Below are positions 21,032 through 30,640 of a stretch of DNA of 64,000 nt, in pieces; within the stretch, counting starts at the first letter, position 1, and every line of letters starts with the position of its first letter. The notes beneath the pieces were generated by a model. It did not search any database. It had not been told where the DNA came from and saw nothing but the letters and a program-made list of their open reading frames with translations. Both the position numbers and the translations under genes were made by a program. This stretch comes from an uncultured Verrucomicrobiae bacterium (GTDB lineage: Bacteria; Verrucomicrobiota; Verrucomicrobiia; Opitutales; JABDGR01). The stretch lies in the NCBI GenBank assembly GCA_963765205.1, contig CAVXVB010000004.1:1-64000 (forward strand), read 5' to 3'.

Positions 21032-21720
21032 GTATCTTGGTTGTCCTGCTCGTCACCATCATGGGTGCCGGCCTCTGGTGGTTCATGCGGCCATCGACGG
21101 CAATGCCGGAAAAAATGGCGGAAGCGTCGAGGCCGGCCAAGGTCGAGGCGACCAAGCCGGTCGCGCCGCCAGCTATCGTCCCGCCCGTCGCGCCATCCAT
21201 TGTCCCACCTGTCGCTCTACCCATCTCCCCACCCGCGCCGCAACCCGATGCCGCGCCAGTCGCCGCCGCCCAACCCATCACCGAGTCGTCCCAGGACCCC
21301 AATGCTGACCCCCAAGCCGAATTGAAAACCGCCCTCGCCGACATTGCGCGTTTAGAGCGGGCTGGGGACAGGTTGGAACTCTATCGAACTTACACCCCTC
21401 CTGACAAAATAGACCCCTTCATGTTGCAAGAATATGAAAAAGAGGAGAGCGACTACCATGTGACGGACGGGCAAAAGTTAAATGAAGCGATTGCGGAGTC
21501 TTATGAGGATCTAGAAATCGAGACCCGACCTTTAACGCCACCGGCGACGAAGCAACCTATTTCCTTACGGTGCCCCACCTGTTTGATGGTGACGGCGTAG
21601 AATTACCCCCCCCCGGCACGGCAGTTCAAATGATCATGGTCAAAATCAACGGCAAGTGGTATTTTAAGTAGGATAGTAATTATTAATAACAACGCCCTTT
21701 CCCAAGCCCCGGCAAGCTGT

Positions 21721-22374
21721 GTGAAATCTAAAAACCTCATCTTGGTTGTCCTGGCCATCGCCGTTATCTGCGCCGGCCTCTGGTGGTTGATGCAGCCGTC
21801 GACGGCCATGCCGGAAAAAATGGCGGAAGCATTGAGGCCGGTCAAGGTCGAGGCGGCCAAGCCGGTCGCGCCGCCAACTATCATCCCGCCCGTCGCGCCA
21901 CCCATCGCCCCACCCACGCCGCAACTCGACGATGCACCAGTTGCCGCCACCGCGCCCAGCGCCACTTTGTCTCCCGACCCCAATGTCGTACCCGATCCCC
22001 AAGCCGATTTGAAGACCGCCATCGCGGACATCGCGCGTTTGATACGGGCTGGCGACGGGGTGGCACTCTATCAAACTTACACCCCGCCGGACAAAATAGA
22101 CTCGCAGGGTTTGCAAGGAGCAGAAGCGGAGCAGGTCTATCGGGCTTCTAGACCCATATCCGAGCTACAACAGATTGATGAACCGGTTGCGGAGGCTTTC
22201 GATGCTCTCGAAGACCAAACCCCGACCTTTAACGCAGCCGGTGACGAAGCAACCTATGTCATGACATGGCCAGTCGAGCAGTTCTCTGATGGCCACGTGG
22301 TATTATACCCCGCCACGGCAGCTCCACTGATTATGGTTAAAATCAACGGAAAGTGGTATTTTGAGGTGGACTAG
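21721..22374 (+). CDS. Membrane-anchored exported protein: TM, Pro-rich linker, small alpha/beta (NTF2/DUF4878-like?) domain
   Basis: N-terminal TM; DPQADLKTAIADIARL; TPTFNAAGDEATY; KINGKWY. Two further paralogs lie in the window. Confidence 0.8.
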   Translation: MKSKNLILVVLAIAVICAGLWWLMQPSTAMPEKMAEALRPVKVEAAKPVAPPTIIPPVAPPIAPPTPQLDDAPVAATAPSATLSPDPNVVPDPQADLKTAIADIARLIRAGDGVALYQTYTPPDKIDSQGLQGAEAEQVYRASRPISELQQIDEPVAEAFDALEDQTPTFNAAGDEATYVMTWPVEQFSDGHVVLYPATAAPLIMVKINGKWYFEVD

Positions 22375-22400
22375 GATTGCTAATCGAACCAGGTTGTTCC

Positions 22401-23459
22401 TTAAGCCGGCTGCTGCTGGGTCAGGCAGTGCAGCGCGCCGCCTTCGAGCAGGATGTCGGTGCAATCAAGCGGGACGATTTGATGGCCCGGGAAACATTCG
22501 TGCAGGATGTGCGCGGCCACTTCATCGGTCGGGCGGTTGAAAACCGGCAGCAGGACCGCGCCGTTGGTGACGACGTAATTCGCGTAGCTGGCCGGCAATT
22601 CGCGCCCGTCCGCCGTGACGGCGGGGGCGGGCACGGGGAGTTCGGCGATTTCAAAACGGCCCTCGGCGGGCGTGCGAAACTCCTCGTCCAGCGCCAGACG
22701 GTTGTGACGGAGAATTTTCGCGGCGGCATCCGCCGTGCCCGGCGAGGGCGTGACGGTGACAATGGCGTCGTCGCGGAAGAAGCGCGTGAGGTTGTCAATG
22801 TGGCCGTCGGTGTCGTCATTGGGCAAACCGCCGGGGAGCCAGAGGATTTCCGTCACGCCCAGGCCGGCGCCGAGCAGGCGCGTGTAATCGTCCTTGGTGA
22901 GGCCGGGGTTGCGGTTCGGGTTGAGCAGCACGGCTTCCGTCGTCAAAAGCTGGCCGGGGCCGTTGATTTCGATGGCGCCACCTTCGAGAGTAATGTTGTT
23001 CTCGAAGCGCCGCATTTTCAGGGCGTCCGCGATGCGCGCGGGAATGGCGTTGTCCAAATCCCAGGGCGAAAATTTGCCGCCCCAGGCGTTGAAGCCCCAG
23101 TCGGTGATGGCCACTTCGCCGGTCGTGTCGTTGCGGACGAAGAGCGGGCCGTGGTCGCGGCACCAGACGTCGTTGACGGGATGATCGAATAATTCCACGA
23201 CCTTTAGATCCGCGCGCGCCACGTCGAGCAGGCGGCGGATTTCCGGGTGCTGCGCGGCGGCGGCGTTGATGCGCACGGGCACGAAGCGGCTGAGCGCGGC
23301 GGCAAAGGCCGCGAAAAACGGCGGGATGCGCGCGAAGCGCCCCGGCCACAACGCCGGGTTGCCCGGCCACGACAGCCACATCGCCGCCTGCGGCGACCAT
23401 TCAGGCGGCAGGCGGAAGCCCAATGCGGCGGGCGATGGCGTGGGCGATGGGGAGTTCAC
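22401..23459 (-). CDS. aguA: Agmatine deiminase family protein
   Basis: FRLPPEW, DVWCRDHGP, LEGGAI, DDTDGHID, ASYANY, GGALHCLTQQQP. Confidence 0.93.
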   Translation of the reverse strand: MNSPSPTPSPAALGFRLPPEWSPQAAMWLSWPGNPALWPGRFARIPPFFAAFAAALSRFVPVRINAAAAQHPEIRRLLDVARADLKVVELFDHPVNDVWCRDHGPLFVRNDTTGEVAITDWGFNAWGGKFSPWDLDNAIPARIADALKMRRFENNITLEGGAIEINGPGQLLTTEAVLLNPNRNPGLTKDDYTRLLGAGLGVTEILWLPGGLPNDDTDGHIDNLTRFFRDDAIVTVTPSPGTADAAAKILRHNRLALDEEFRTPAEGRFEIAELPVPAPAVTADGRELPASYANYVVTNGAVLLPVFNRPTDEVAAHILHECFPGHQIVPLDCTDILLEGGALHCLTQQQPA

Positions 23460-23480
23460 GATGTTACTTTAAGGCAGTTC

Positions 23481-23574
23481 ACCGCAAAGGCGCAACGAAT
23501 GCAAAGGAGTTTTTTTTTGACGGAATTTACAGAATTAACAAAATTTTTCTTTGCGCCCTTCGCGCCCTTGCGGT
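23481..23574. repeat. Palindromic element of ~9-nt units (CGCAAAGG type) with an internal ACAGAATT array
   Basis: ACCGCAAAGGCGC pairs with GCGCCCTTGCGGT; related copies at 55200-55280 and 59622-59707. Confidence 0.75.
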
Positions 23575-23597
23575 TAAAATCATTTTCACATCAGCTC

Positions 23598-24455
23598 TCA
23601 CGAATCGGATAGGCGCTTGGTCAGATCGCCGTAGGTGTCAATCCGGCGGTCGCGGAAGAAGGGCCAGATGCGCCGGAAGTCGGACTGCAATTTCAAATCC
23701 ACGTCGGCGTAGAGGATTTCCTCGCGGTCGGCGGAGGCTTTCGCCACGACGCGCCCGTAGGGGTCGGCGACGAAGGACTGGCCCCAGAACTCCGTGCCGC
23801 CCTCGCGCCCGACGCGGTTCACGGCGGCGACGTAGCAGCCGTTGGCGACGGCGTGGCCGCGCTGCACCGTCTCCCACGCATTGTGCTGCGCCGCGCCGAG
23901 GAGTTTTTTTTCCGACGGGAGCCACCCAATCGCGGTCGGGTAGAAAATAATGTCCGCGCCGCGCAGGGCGGTGAGGCGCGCGGCCTCGGGATACCACTGG
24001 TCCCAGCAGATGAGAACGCCGAGGCGGCCGGCGCGGGTTTTCCAGGCGCGGTAGCCGAGGTCGCCAGGGGTGAAATAAAATTTCTCCTCGAAGGCGGGGT
24101 CTTGCGGGATGTGGTTTTTACGGTATTTCCCGAGAAGTTTTCCGTCGGCGTCAATGATCACGGCGGTGTTGTGGTAAACCTCGCTGCCGCGGTTTTCGAA
24201 GAGCGCACCGATGACCACGATTTTGTTTTTCTTGGCGGCGGCGCAAAGGGCGTCCGTCGTCGGGCCGGGAATCGGCTCGGCCAAGTCGAAGTGCGCGGGA
24301 TCCTGCGCGACGCAAAAATACGGCGTCGTGAACAACTCCTGCGTGCAGACGACCTGCACGCCGCCCTTCGCCGCCTCGGCGATTTTTTTAATCGTCCGCG
24401 CGCGGTTTTCCTTGACCGAGCCGTAGTCGCGAAGCTGGAGGAGGGCGAGACGCAT
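23598..24455 (-). CDS. aguB: Carbon-nitrogen hydrolase, N-carbamoylputrescine amidase
   Basis: QELF, YRKNHIP, EKFYFTPGD, LICWDQWYPEAAR; adjacent to agmatine deiminase. Confidence 0.9.
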   Translation of the reverse strand: MRLALLQLRDYGSVKENRARTIKKIAEAAKGGVQVVCTQELFTTPYFCVAQDPAHFDLAEPIPGPTTDALCAAAKKNKIVVIGALFENRGSEVYHNTAVIIDADGKLLGKYRKNHIPQDPAFEEKFYFTPGDLGYRAWKTRAGRLGVLICWDQWYPEAARLTALRGADIIFYPTAIGWLPSEKKLLGAAQHNAWETVQRGHAVANGCYVAAVNRVGREGGTEFWGQSFVADPYGRVVAKASADREEILYADVDLKLQSDFRRIWPFFRDRRIDTYGDLTKRLSDS

Positions 24456-24458
24456 CTT

Positions 24459-24561
24459 GGGAGTGAGGAGTCAGGAGACAGGAGTCAGCGGGTGGGAATC
24501 GAATCCATGAAAGCGTTCTTGTTCTTCTTCTGTCTCCTGATTCCTGTGTCCTGTATTCCCC
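24459..24561. repeat. Palindrome of 7-nt units (CAGGAGT/A ... TCTCCTG)
   Basis: GAGTCAGGAGACAGGAGTCAG versus TGTCTCCTGATTCCTGTGTCCTG. Confidence 0.7.
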
Positions 24562-24569
24562 ATGCTAAT

Positions 24570-25460
24570 TCAATACACCACTTTATTCAAGGGATACTCG
24601 ATAATCCCCTCCGCGCCGTGGGACTTGAGGGTGGGGATGATTGAGCGCACGACGGCTTCGTCAATAATGGTTTCGAGGGCGACCCAGGCGGCGTCGGAGA
24701 GTGGCGAGACCGTCGGGTTGCGCAGCGCGGGGAGCGTGGCGAGGATTTCCGGCAGCTTGGCCTTCGGCAGATTAAATTTCAGGCCGACTTTGCTTTCGGC
24801 GTTGAGCGCGCCTTGGAGCAACAGCGCGAGCGTTTCGATTTTCGCGCGCTTGGCCGGGTTGCCCCAGCTTTTTTTGTTGGCGACGAGTTGCGTCGTCGTT
24901 TCCAGAATCGTGTCCACGATGCGCAGTTTGTTGGCCTTGAGCGACGAGCCGGTCTCGGTGAGGTCCACGATGGCGTCCACCAGGTCGGGGACTTTGACCT
25001 CGGTGGCGCCCCAGGAAAACTCGACCTCGGCGGCGACGCCGTGTTTCGTCAAAAATTCCCGGGTGGTGCGGACCAGCTCGGTGGCGATGCGCTTGCCCTG
25101 CAAATCCTGGACCGAGCGCACAGCGGAGTCGTCCGGCACGGCGAGCACCCAGCGGCTGGGGGCATTCGAGGCGCGGCTGTAAATAAGTTCGCACACGACG
25201 GCCACGTCCGAGCCGTTTTCGACGACCCAGTCGCGCCCGGTCAGCCCGCAGTCGAAAAAGCCGTGCTCGACGTAGCGGCTGATTTCCTGGGCGCGCACGA
25301 AGCGGCCGTCCAGCTCCGGGTCATCAATGGCGGGCTTGTAGGAACGGGAATTTTGGGTGATTTTCCAGCCGGCTTTGGCAAACAGCGCGAGCGTGGCCTG
25401 CTCAAGGCTGCCTTTCGGCAGGCCGAGCATCAGAATCGGGGTGGCGGATTGGGCGGGCAT
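24570..25460 (-). CDS. hisG: ATP phosphoribosyltransferase (long form)
   Basis: [46 protein letters not shown]. Confidence 0.96.
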   Translation of the reverse strand: MPAQSATPILMLGLPKGSLEQATLALFAKAGWKITQNSRSYKPAIDDPELDGRFVRAQEISRYVEHGFFDCGLTGRDWVVENGSDVAVVCELIYSRASNAPSRWVLAVPDDSAVRSVQDLQGKRIATELVRTTREFLTKHGVAAEVEFSWGATEVKVPDLVDAIVDLTETGSSLKANKLRIVDTILETTTQLVANKKSWGNPAKRAKIETLALLLQGALNAESKVGLKFNLPKAKLPEILATLPALRNPTVSPLSDAAWVALETIIDEAVVRSIIPTLKSHGAEGIIEYPLNKVVY

Positions 25461-25609
25461 GAGGGCAGGCCGGGAAAAAACGCCCGGCGCGAAGGGTCAA
25501 TGAAGCCATTCCCCCCCTGCCGGCGCAACTGGAAAATGTGGATTGTCACCGGGCCGCCCTTTCGTTTCAATGGCAATATTGGCCCAAAACTTGCGGGCCA
25601 CTGCATATC

Positions 25610-26368
25610 ATGGCCAAAACCAAACCGCTCATTGTCATCGTGGAGGATGAAAAGGCCCTGGCGGACATCATCGCGGAGCAGCTGGAAGAGCATGGCATGG
25701 CGACGCAGGTGTTCCACCGCATCCAGCCCGCCATCCGCTACCTGCTTAAAAATTTCGCCAATCTGCTGCTGCTCGACATCAACCTGCCGGATGGGACCGG
25801 CTTCCAATTGGTCGAGGCCTTGCAGAAAGCCAACGTCAGTGTCCCCACGATTTTCCTCACCGTCAACCCCAACGAAGACACCAAGGTCAAGAGCCTCGAC
25901 ATGGGCGGCGACGACTATGTGACCAAGCCCTTCAGCTTTCCCGAACTCATCGCGCGCATCAACGCCGTCCTGCGCCGCAGCGAGACGCTTAAGGACACCC
26001 TCATCACCAAGAACGTGCGGCTCGATGAGGAACCCTTCCCGTTCTGCGGGGCGGAAGTCAACCCCCAGCGCATGGAAGTATTATTTTCCGACGGGCAGGC
26101 GGAAAAAATCGGCCGCAAGGAATTGGGTATTCTCGTCCACATTGTTTCCAACCCGAATGTCGTCCTGACCCGCCAGGGCCTGATTCATGCGGTGTGGGGC
26201 GTCCATGCCGACGTGCGCAGCCGCTCGCTCGACCAGTATATCGGGCGCATCCGCGAGGTTTTCGGCCGCCATGGCGGCGACCTGAGCGCCTTTCGCTCGA
26301 TTCACGGCGTCGGCTACATCTACGATACCAACGAGCCGACCGCACCTGCCGCCGGCCCGGCCCCCTAA
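25610..26368 (+). CDS. Orphan OmpR-family response regulator, copy 1
   Basis: IVEDE, LLDINLPDGTG, DDYVTKPF, wHTH SRSLDQYIGRIRE, IHGVGY. Confidence 0.92.
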   Translation: MAKTKPLIVIVEDEKALADIIAEQLEEHGMATQVFHRIQPAIRYLLKNFANLLLLDINLPDGTGFQLVEALQKANVSVPTIFLTVNPNEDTKVKSLDMGGDDYVTKPFSFPELIARINAVLRRSETLKDTLITKNVRLDEEPFPFCGAEVNPQRMEVLFSDGQAEKIGRKELGILVHIVSNPNVVLTRQGLIHAVWGVHADVRSRSLDQYIGRIREVFGRHGGDLSAFRSIHGVGYIYDTNEPTAPAAGPAP

Positions 26369-28020
26369 ACCCCGCATACCCAATGCCCGGCGGGATCCTT
26401 GCGCAGGGATTCGGACACGGGAATAAACAAGGTGCGGAGTCTGATCAGGCCGCGGTCGAAGGAATAGCGCACGAGCACCGGCAAATGCCCCTGGGGCTTT
26501 TCGTCCGGCTTGGTGGAAGCATTTTTGAAGATGATGGGCACACGGGCCAGGGGCAGCGCCTGCGGCTGGTCTTCCGTCACGCCAAAGCCGGCGCAGTCGG
26601 CCTGGATGCGGGCCAGGATTTCCGATTGCTCCCGCAGGTAGGCTTTGCATTGGACTTCATCCATGCGTTCGCGCAACAGGCCGAGCATGCTCATGATTTG
26701 GTGGGTCTCCATCTGGTTTTCCACCCCGAATAATTCGCGGGCCTCGGGCGACGCCTCGTTCAGGCGCAAATCCGTCTTAAGGTTGGAAAACTGCAATTCC
26801 ACCCGCGGATGGTTCGAGCTCCATTCACCTTGGGACCGGTCTTGCCGGGCCAGGTTGATTTCGGCCACGAGGCGGTCCACCGATTGTTGCGGCTGCGGGT
26901 CCACCCCAATCGTGGTGCGGTGCAGCAGGTAGAAGGGCAGCAAGGCTTTCAGCGACGGAACACTGCCGTCGGTGAACGGCAGCGGCGGTTCGTTGAGCAT
27001 CACGAGGGGCTTGCCGGTGGCAAGGCGGAAGCCGATTTCCAGGAGCACATCGGCGTTCCAGTGCGGGCTGGGCTGGCCCAGGTAGGCCACAGCCAGCGGC
27101 GCGGCGGCCAGTTGCTCTTTGATGACTGCGATGCGGTCGGGGCCGGGAATGCGGTCGGCGCGCCGGGGCAGAAAGTTCGTGCGCTTGCAGGCGGGCACGA
27201 TCAGTTTTTCCATCACTTCCGCGATGCGCTCGTTGCGGTCGTCAATGGGCGAAATGATAAAGCATTCCTGCAGGTCGCGGACAAAGATGGCCTGGGTGTT
27301 GAAATCGGGATTTTTCACCGGCATCTTGAGCGGCTCGTCCCAGGGCGCGCGGGGCGTGATGACGCAGCGGTGCCCGATCTGCGGCTTTTCATGCTGCTTG
27401 GAGCGGATCGGCTCCGCGCCGCCATACAGCCGTTGAATGCTCCGGGGCAGCGCTTTGTAGGCCGCGGGCGTGATGCGGATTTCGCCGGTGACCCCGCCGC
27501 TTTCCAGGCGGCTGGCCACGGAGATCACCTGGCCGGCCAGTTTGTTATGCGCGTCGCGGGCGACTTCCCCGTAGGCAATCCCGACGCGAAAGCAGCGCAT
27601 GGCCTCGTTGAACTTGGCTTCGCGGCCCCGCGCGCTTTCCTCCTCGGCAATCTTGAGCATGTTGACGGCCACCTCATGGGCCTCCGCCGGCTTGTTGAAG
27701 ACGAAGATGCCGCCGTCGCCGCCAAATTGGGCGCAAACCTTTTTGTAATCCTGGCCGGCCTTGACACAGCCCTGCGACATGATGCGGTGAATCTGGTCGG
27801 CCAGGTCCTTCATGGCCTTGTCGCCCGCCAACACCTGCACGTAATGCTGGATTTGCGCGAAATGCGCCATGTCCACCACCATGACGCACAAAATATTATC
27901 GGACTCGGTCGGAGGCTTTTTGGGCAGCCGGTTGCGCGCGGGCCGGCCGAGGAAGATCCGGCTGGTTTCAAGACCCTCGGCGGCGGGGCCGGGGAAAGAG
28001 GTGTTTGCGATGATTGACAT
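26365..28020 (-). CDS. Class III nucleotide cyclase domain + nucleoside 2-deoxyribosyltransferase/TIR-like domain + C-terminal PAS-like region
   Basis: CVMVVDMAHF, AQFGGDGG, FRVGIAYGEV, ISVASRLES (cyclase); ECFIISPID...RRAD...NADVLLEIGFRLATGKPLVML (NDT-like); ASPEARELFG. Confidence 0.8.
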   Translation of the reverse strand: MSIIANTSFPGPAAEGLETSRIFLGRPARNRLPKKPPTESDNILCVMVVDMAHFAQIQHYVQVLAGDKAMKDLADQIHRIMSQGCVKAGQDYKKVCAQFGGDGGIFVFNKPAEAHEVAVNMLKIAEEESARGREAKFNEAMRCFRVGIAYGEVARDAHNKLAGQVISVASRLESGGVTGEIRITPAAYKALPRSIQRLYGGAEPIRSKQHEKPQIGHRCVITPRAPWDEPLKMPVKNPDFNTQAIFVRDLQECFIISPIDDRNERIAEVMEKLIVPACKRTNFLPRRADRIPGPDRIAVIKEQLAAAPLAVAYLGQPSPHWNADVLLEIGFRLATGKPLVMLNEPPLPFTDGSVPSLKALLPFYLLHRTTIGVDPQPQQSVDRLVAEINLARQDRSQGEWSSNHPRVELQFSNLKTDLRLNEASPEARELFGVENQMETHQIMSMLGLLRERMDEVQCKAYLREQSEILARIQADCAGFGVTEDQPQALPLARVPIIFKNASTKPDEKPQGHLPVLVRYSFDRGLIRLRTLFIPVSESLRKDPAGHWVCGV

Positions 28021-28598
28021 GGCGCGGGTGGGTTGGTAACTAAGCAGGGAGCATAGGCTAGACCAATTGTGTTCATAGACAACCCCTAGATAATAATCTG
28101 CTGTATCCACCAACGGGAAATTTCAGTTAAAAATTAGTCAAATATTTTCTCCCACTCTCGGGGGAATACCTCACTTATTCAATCGAAAAGCCCACCTAAT
28201 ATGCATGGGGGCTCGCCCTCGAAAGCAGGCTTGGCCATCCATGAAGGTCGAGCCCAGCAAAGATAAAAACAGGCTTTAGTATCTTAACTAATTGACAATA
28301 AAGAAGTTAATCTTAAAAACTTGGTCCGCTGGAATACAGATTAAAAACATCCCAAAAAACACCCAAAAGTTCGCGATTGCAGGCAAACACCCGTTTAGGG
28401 AGTAAACCCCATATCCCAAGAATACAAACGCAAAAGTATATGTAAAACGGTGCTTTTCTGAGATGATTCTACTCGCAAGGCGAATTTGCGATGGTGGAGC
28501 GCCATCCTCCGCGGCGCCACGGGAAAATGCAGGTTGTCTTCTTCCCGCGATTTAGTTCCAATGGAGCCATCGGCTCAGTTATCGTGGGCCGCTTCCCC

Positions 28599-29375
28599 AT
28601 GGCCAAATCCAAACCGCTCATCGTGATCATCGAGGACGAAAAGGAACTGGCTGCCCTCATCGCGGAGCAGTTGGAGGAGCATGGCATGATGACGCAGATG
28701 TTCCACCGCATCCAGCCGGCGATTCGCTTTCTCAGCAAAAATTTCGCCAACCTGATGCTCCTCGACATCAATCTGCCCGATGGCACCGGCTTCCAGTTGG
28801 TCGAGGAGCTGCAGAAAGTCAACGTCACCGTCCCGACGATTTTCCTGACGGCCAACACCACCGAAAGCATCAAGGTCAAAGGTTTCGAAATGGGCGGCGA
28901 TGATTATGTGACCAAGCCCTTCAGTTTTCCCGAGCTCATCGCGCGCATTAACGCCGTCCTCCGCCGCAGCGAGACGCTGAAGGACGCCCACATTGCTAAA
29001 AACGTACGGCTGGACGAGGAACCGTTCCCGTTCTGCGGCGCGGAAATCAACCCGCACCGCATGGAAATTATGTTCCCGGACGGCCAAGCGGAAAAGATCG
29101 GCCGCAAGGAGCTGGGCATCCTCGCCCATATTGCCGCCAATCCGAAAGTCATCCTGACCCGCCAGAGCCTCATCCATACGGTGTGGGGCGTGCATGCCGA
29201 CGTGCGGAGCCGCTCGCTGGACCAATATATCGTGCGCATCCGCGAGGCCTTTGGCCGTCATGGTGGCAACCTCAACTCCTTCCGCACAATCCACGGCGTC
29301 GGGTATATCTACGACACCGACGAGCAAACCGCTCCTGCCGCGCCGCGTCCGGGCAAGGTCTCGGCGTCAAATTAA
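28599..29375 (+). CDS. Orphan OmpR-family response regulator, copy 2
   Basis: Same motifs as copy 1; about 44 differences over ~248 aligned residues by manual count. Confidence 0.92.
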   Translation: MAKSKPLIVIIEDEKELAALIAEQLEEHGMMTQMFHRIQPAIRFLSKNFANLMLLDINLPDGTGFQLVEELQKVNVTVPTIFLTANTTESIKVKGFEMGGDDYVTKPFSFPELIARINAVLRRSETLKDAHIAKNVRLDEEPFPFCGAEINPHRMEIMFPDGQAEKIGRKELGILAHIAANPKVILTRQSLIHTVWGVHADVRSRSLDQYIVRIREAFGRHGGNLNSFRTIHGVGYIYDTDEQTAPAAPRPGKVSASN

Positions 29376-29414
29376 AAGCCGCGGGCCATGCACTGCGAAG
29401 TCGCTTGGAAAGCC

Positions 29415-29891
29415 ATGGCGCTTTCGCCTTCCCCCACCGTCATGGCCGCCGACCCCATCCTGGCCCACTTTGCCGCCGGCTGGGCCACGACCTCTCCTGC
29501 GGAAACCGAGGCCGCCGCCGCCGCGCTGGCCGGCGTGTTCCCGCCGGACACCGTGCTCGCCCTGCATGGCGGGCTGGGCGCCGGCAAGACGACCTTCGTG
29601 CGCGGCCTGGCGCGCGCCTGGGGCGTGGCCGGCCCGGTCGTTAGCCCCACGTTCAATTATTTTTTATTATACCAGGGCGCGCGCCAGCTCGCCCACCTCG
29701 ATGCCTACCGCCTGGCCCGCCCGGCCGACGCCGACGGGCTGCTGATTGAGGAGTTTTTGCGCCCCCCCTGGTGCCTTGCCGTGGAGTGGCCGGAAAACCT
29801 CGGGGACCGCCTGCCCCCCGGCGCCTGGCACCTGGATTTCGCCGCGCCGGAGGAAACCCGGCGCGTGCTGACGCTGCGCCGGGAAGCGTGA
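29415..29891 (+). CDS. tsaE: tRNA threonylcarbamoyladenosine biosynthesis ATPase TsaE
   Basis: [36 protein letters not shown]. Confidence 0.95.
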   Translation: MALSPSPTVMAADPILAHFAAGWATTSPAETEAAAAALAGVFPPDTVLALHGGLGAGKTTFVRGLARAWGVAGPVVSPTFNYFLLYQGARQLAHLDAYRLARPADADGLLIEEFLRPPWCLAVEWPENLGDRLPPGAWHLDFAAPEETRRVLTLRREA

Positions 29892-30008
29892 AGTGTGGAG
29901 TGTGAAACGAGAGCGGATAATAAAGTGCGCACGCTCACTTGTTTTGCCGGACCGAACACTGTAATCTGCCTTCACTCCATGCTTCACATTCCGCACTTCA
30001 CACTCCCC
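29888..30008. repeat. Palindrome of 7-nt units (GTGAAGT/GTGGAGT ... ACTTCAC)
   Basis: GTGAAGTGTGGAGTGTGAA versus TTCACATTCCGCACTTCACACTCC; lies between convergent genes. Confidence 0.7.
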
Positions 30009-30010
30009 GT

Positions 30011-30487
30011 TTATGGCCCGCCAATCAGGCCCGAGACGCCGATGACAGCGCCAACCACCAGGCCGTAAACGACATGGCCGACCCAGTGCGACAGCGCGAT
30101 GGCAAAGCTGCGCTGCTGGAACTCCTCGAGCGGATGCGCGTCCGCCACCACCGCAATCAAGGCGATGGAGGTGACCACGCCCTGCAACATTCCAAGTGCC
30201 GCGCCCCACATCATGTTCGTGCCGAGGCCGGGATGGTTGATCGCCAGCAGGACGAGGGTGTAAATCTGCCCAAAAAACACACCCGCCACCGCATGAACCA
30301 GCCCGCCGACCAACCCCGCCTTTTCATAACTTCGCGTAACGAGGGCGCCGAGGGCAATGACCAACCGCACCTTCGCCAGCCCGCTAACCGTAAAGACCCA
30401 CAAAACCAAAACCATGGCCAACGCCCCCAGCCCGCCCGCAATGGCGGACCACACCAGAAACCGCCCCACCACCGATGCCGCATTCAT
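30011..30487 (-). CDS. Four-TM hypothetical membrane protein
   Basis: Four hydrophobic segments; His-containing motifs LVHAVAG and SHWVGHVVYG. Confidence 0.75.
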   Translation of the reverse strand: MNAASVVGRFLVWSAIAGGLGALAMVLVLWVFTVSGLAKVRLVIALGALVTRSYEKAGLVGGLVHAVAGVFFGQIYTLVLLAINHPGLGTNMMWGAALGMLQGVVTSIALIAVVADAHPLEEFQQRSFAIALSHWVGHVVYGLVVGAVIGVSGLIGGP

Positions 30488-30640
30488 CTTACAACCTACT
30501 CCCATTCATCCGTTCTGCAAGCAGACGGGCCAATATTTTCCCGTTTTTTACGCCACGACCCGGCACCCCCGGCCACCCAGCCCCGCACCACCGGGAACCC
30601 AGCCTCGCACCACCGGGAACCAACCGATTTTGCCTGGCGG

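Larger units (their letters stand above)
19799..21671 (+). pseudogene. Membrane-anchored exported protein (paralog of 21721-22374), interrupted by IS5 at codons 6-7 and frameshifted near 21520
   Basis: Removing the IS and one GTAT copy restores MKPQKGILVVLLVTIMGAGLWWFMRPSTAMPEKMAEA. The C-terminus MVKINGKWYFK* ends at 21671. Confidence 0.85.

Noticed and set aside
21605..21614. Poly-C tract as a phase-variation switch
   Set aside because: It is in-frame (LPPP) in an already IS-disrupted gene, and the frameshift lies about 85 bp upstream.
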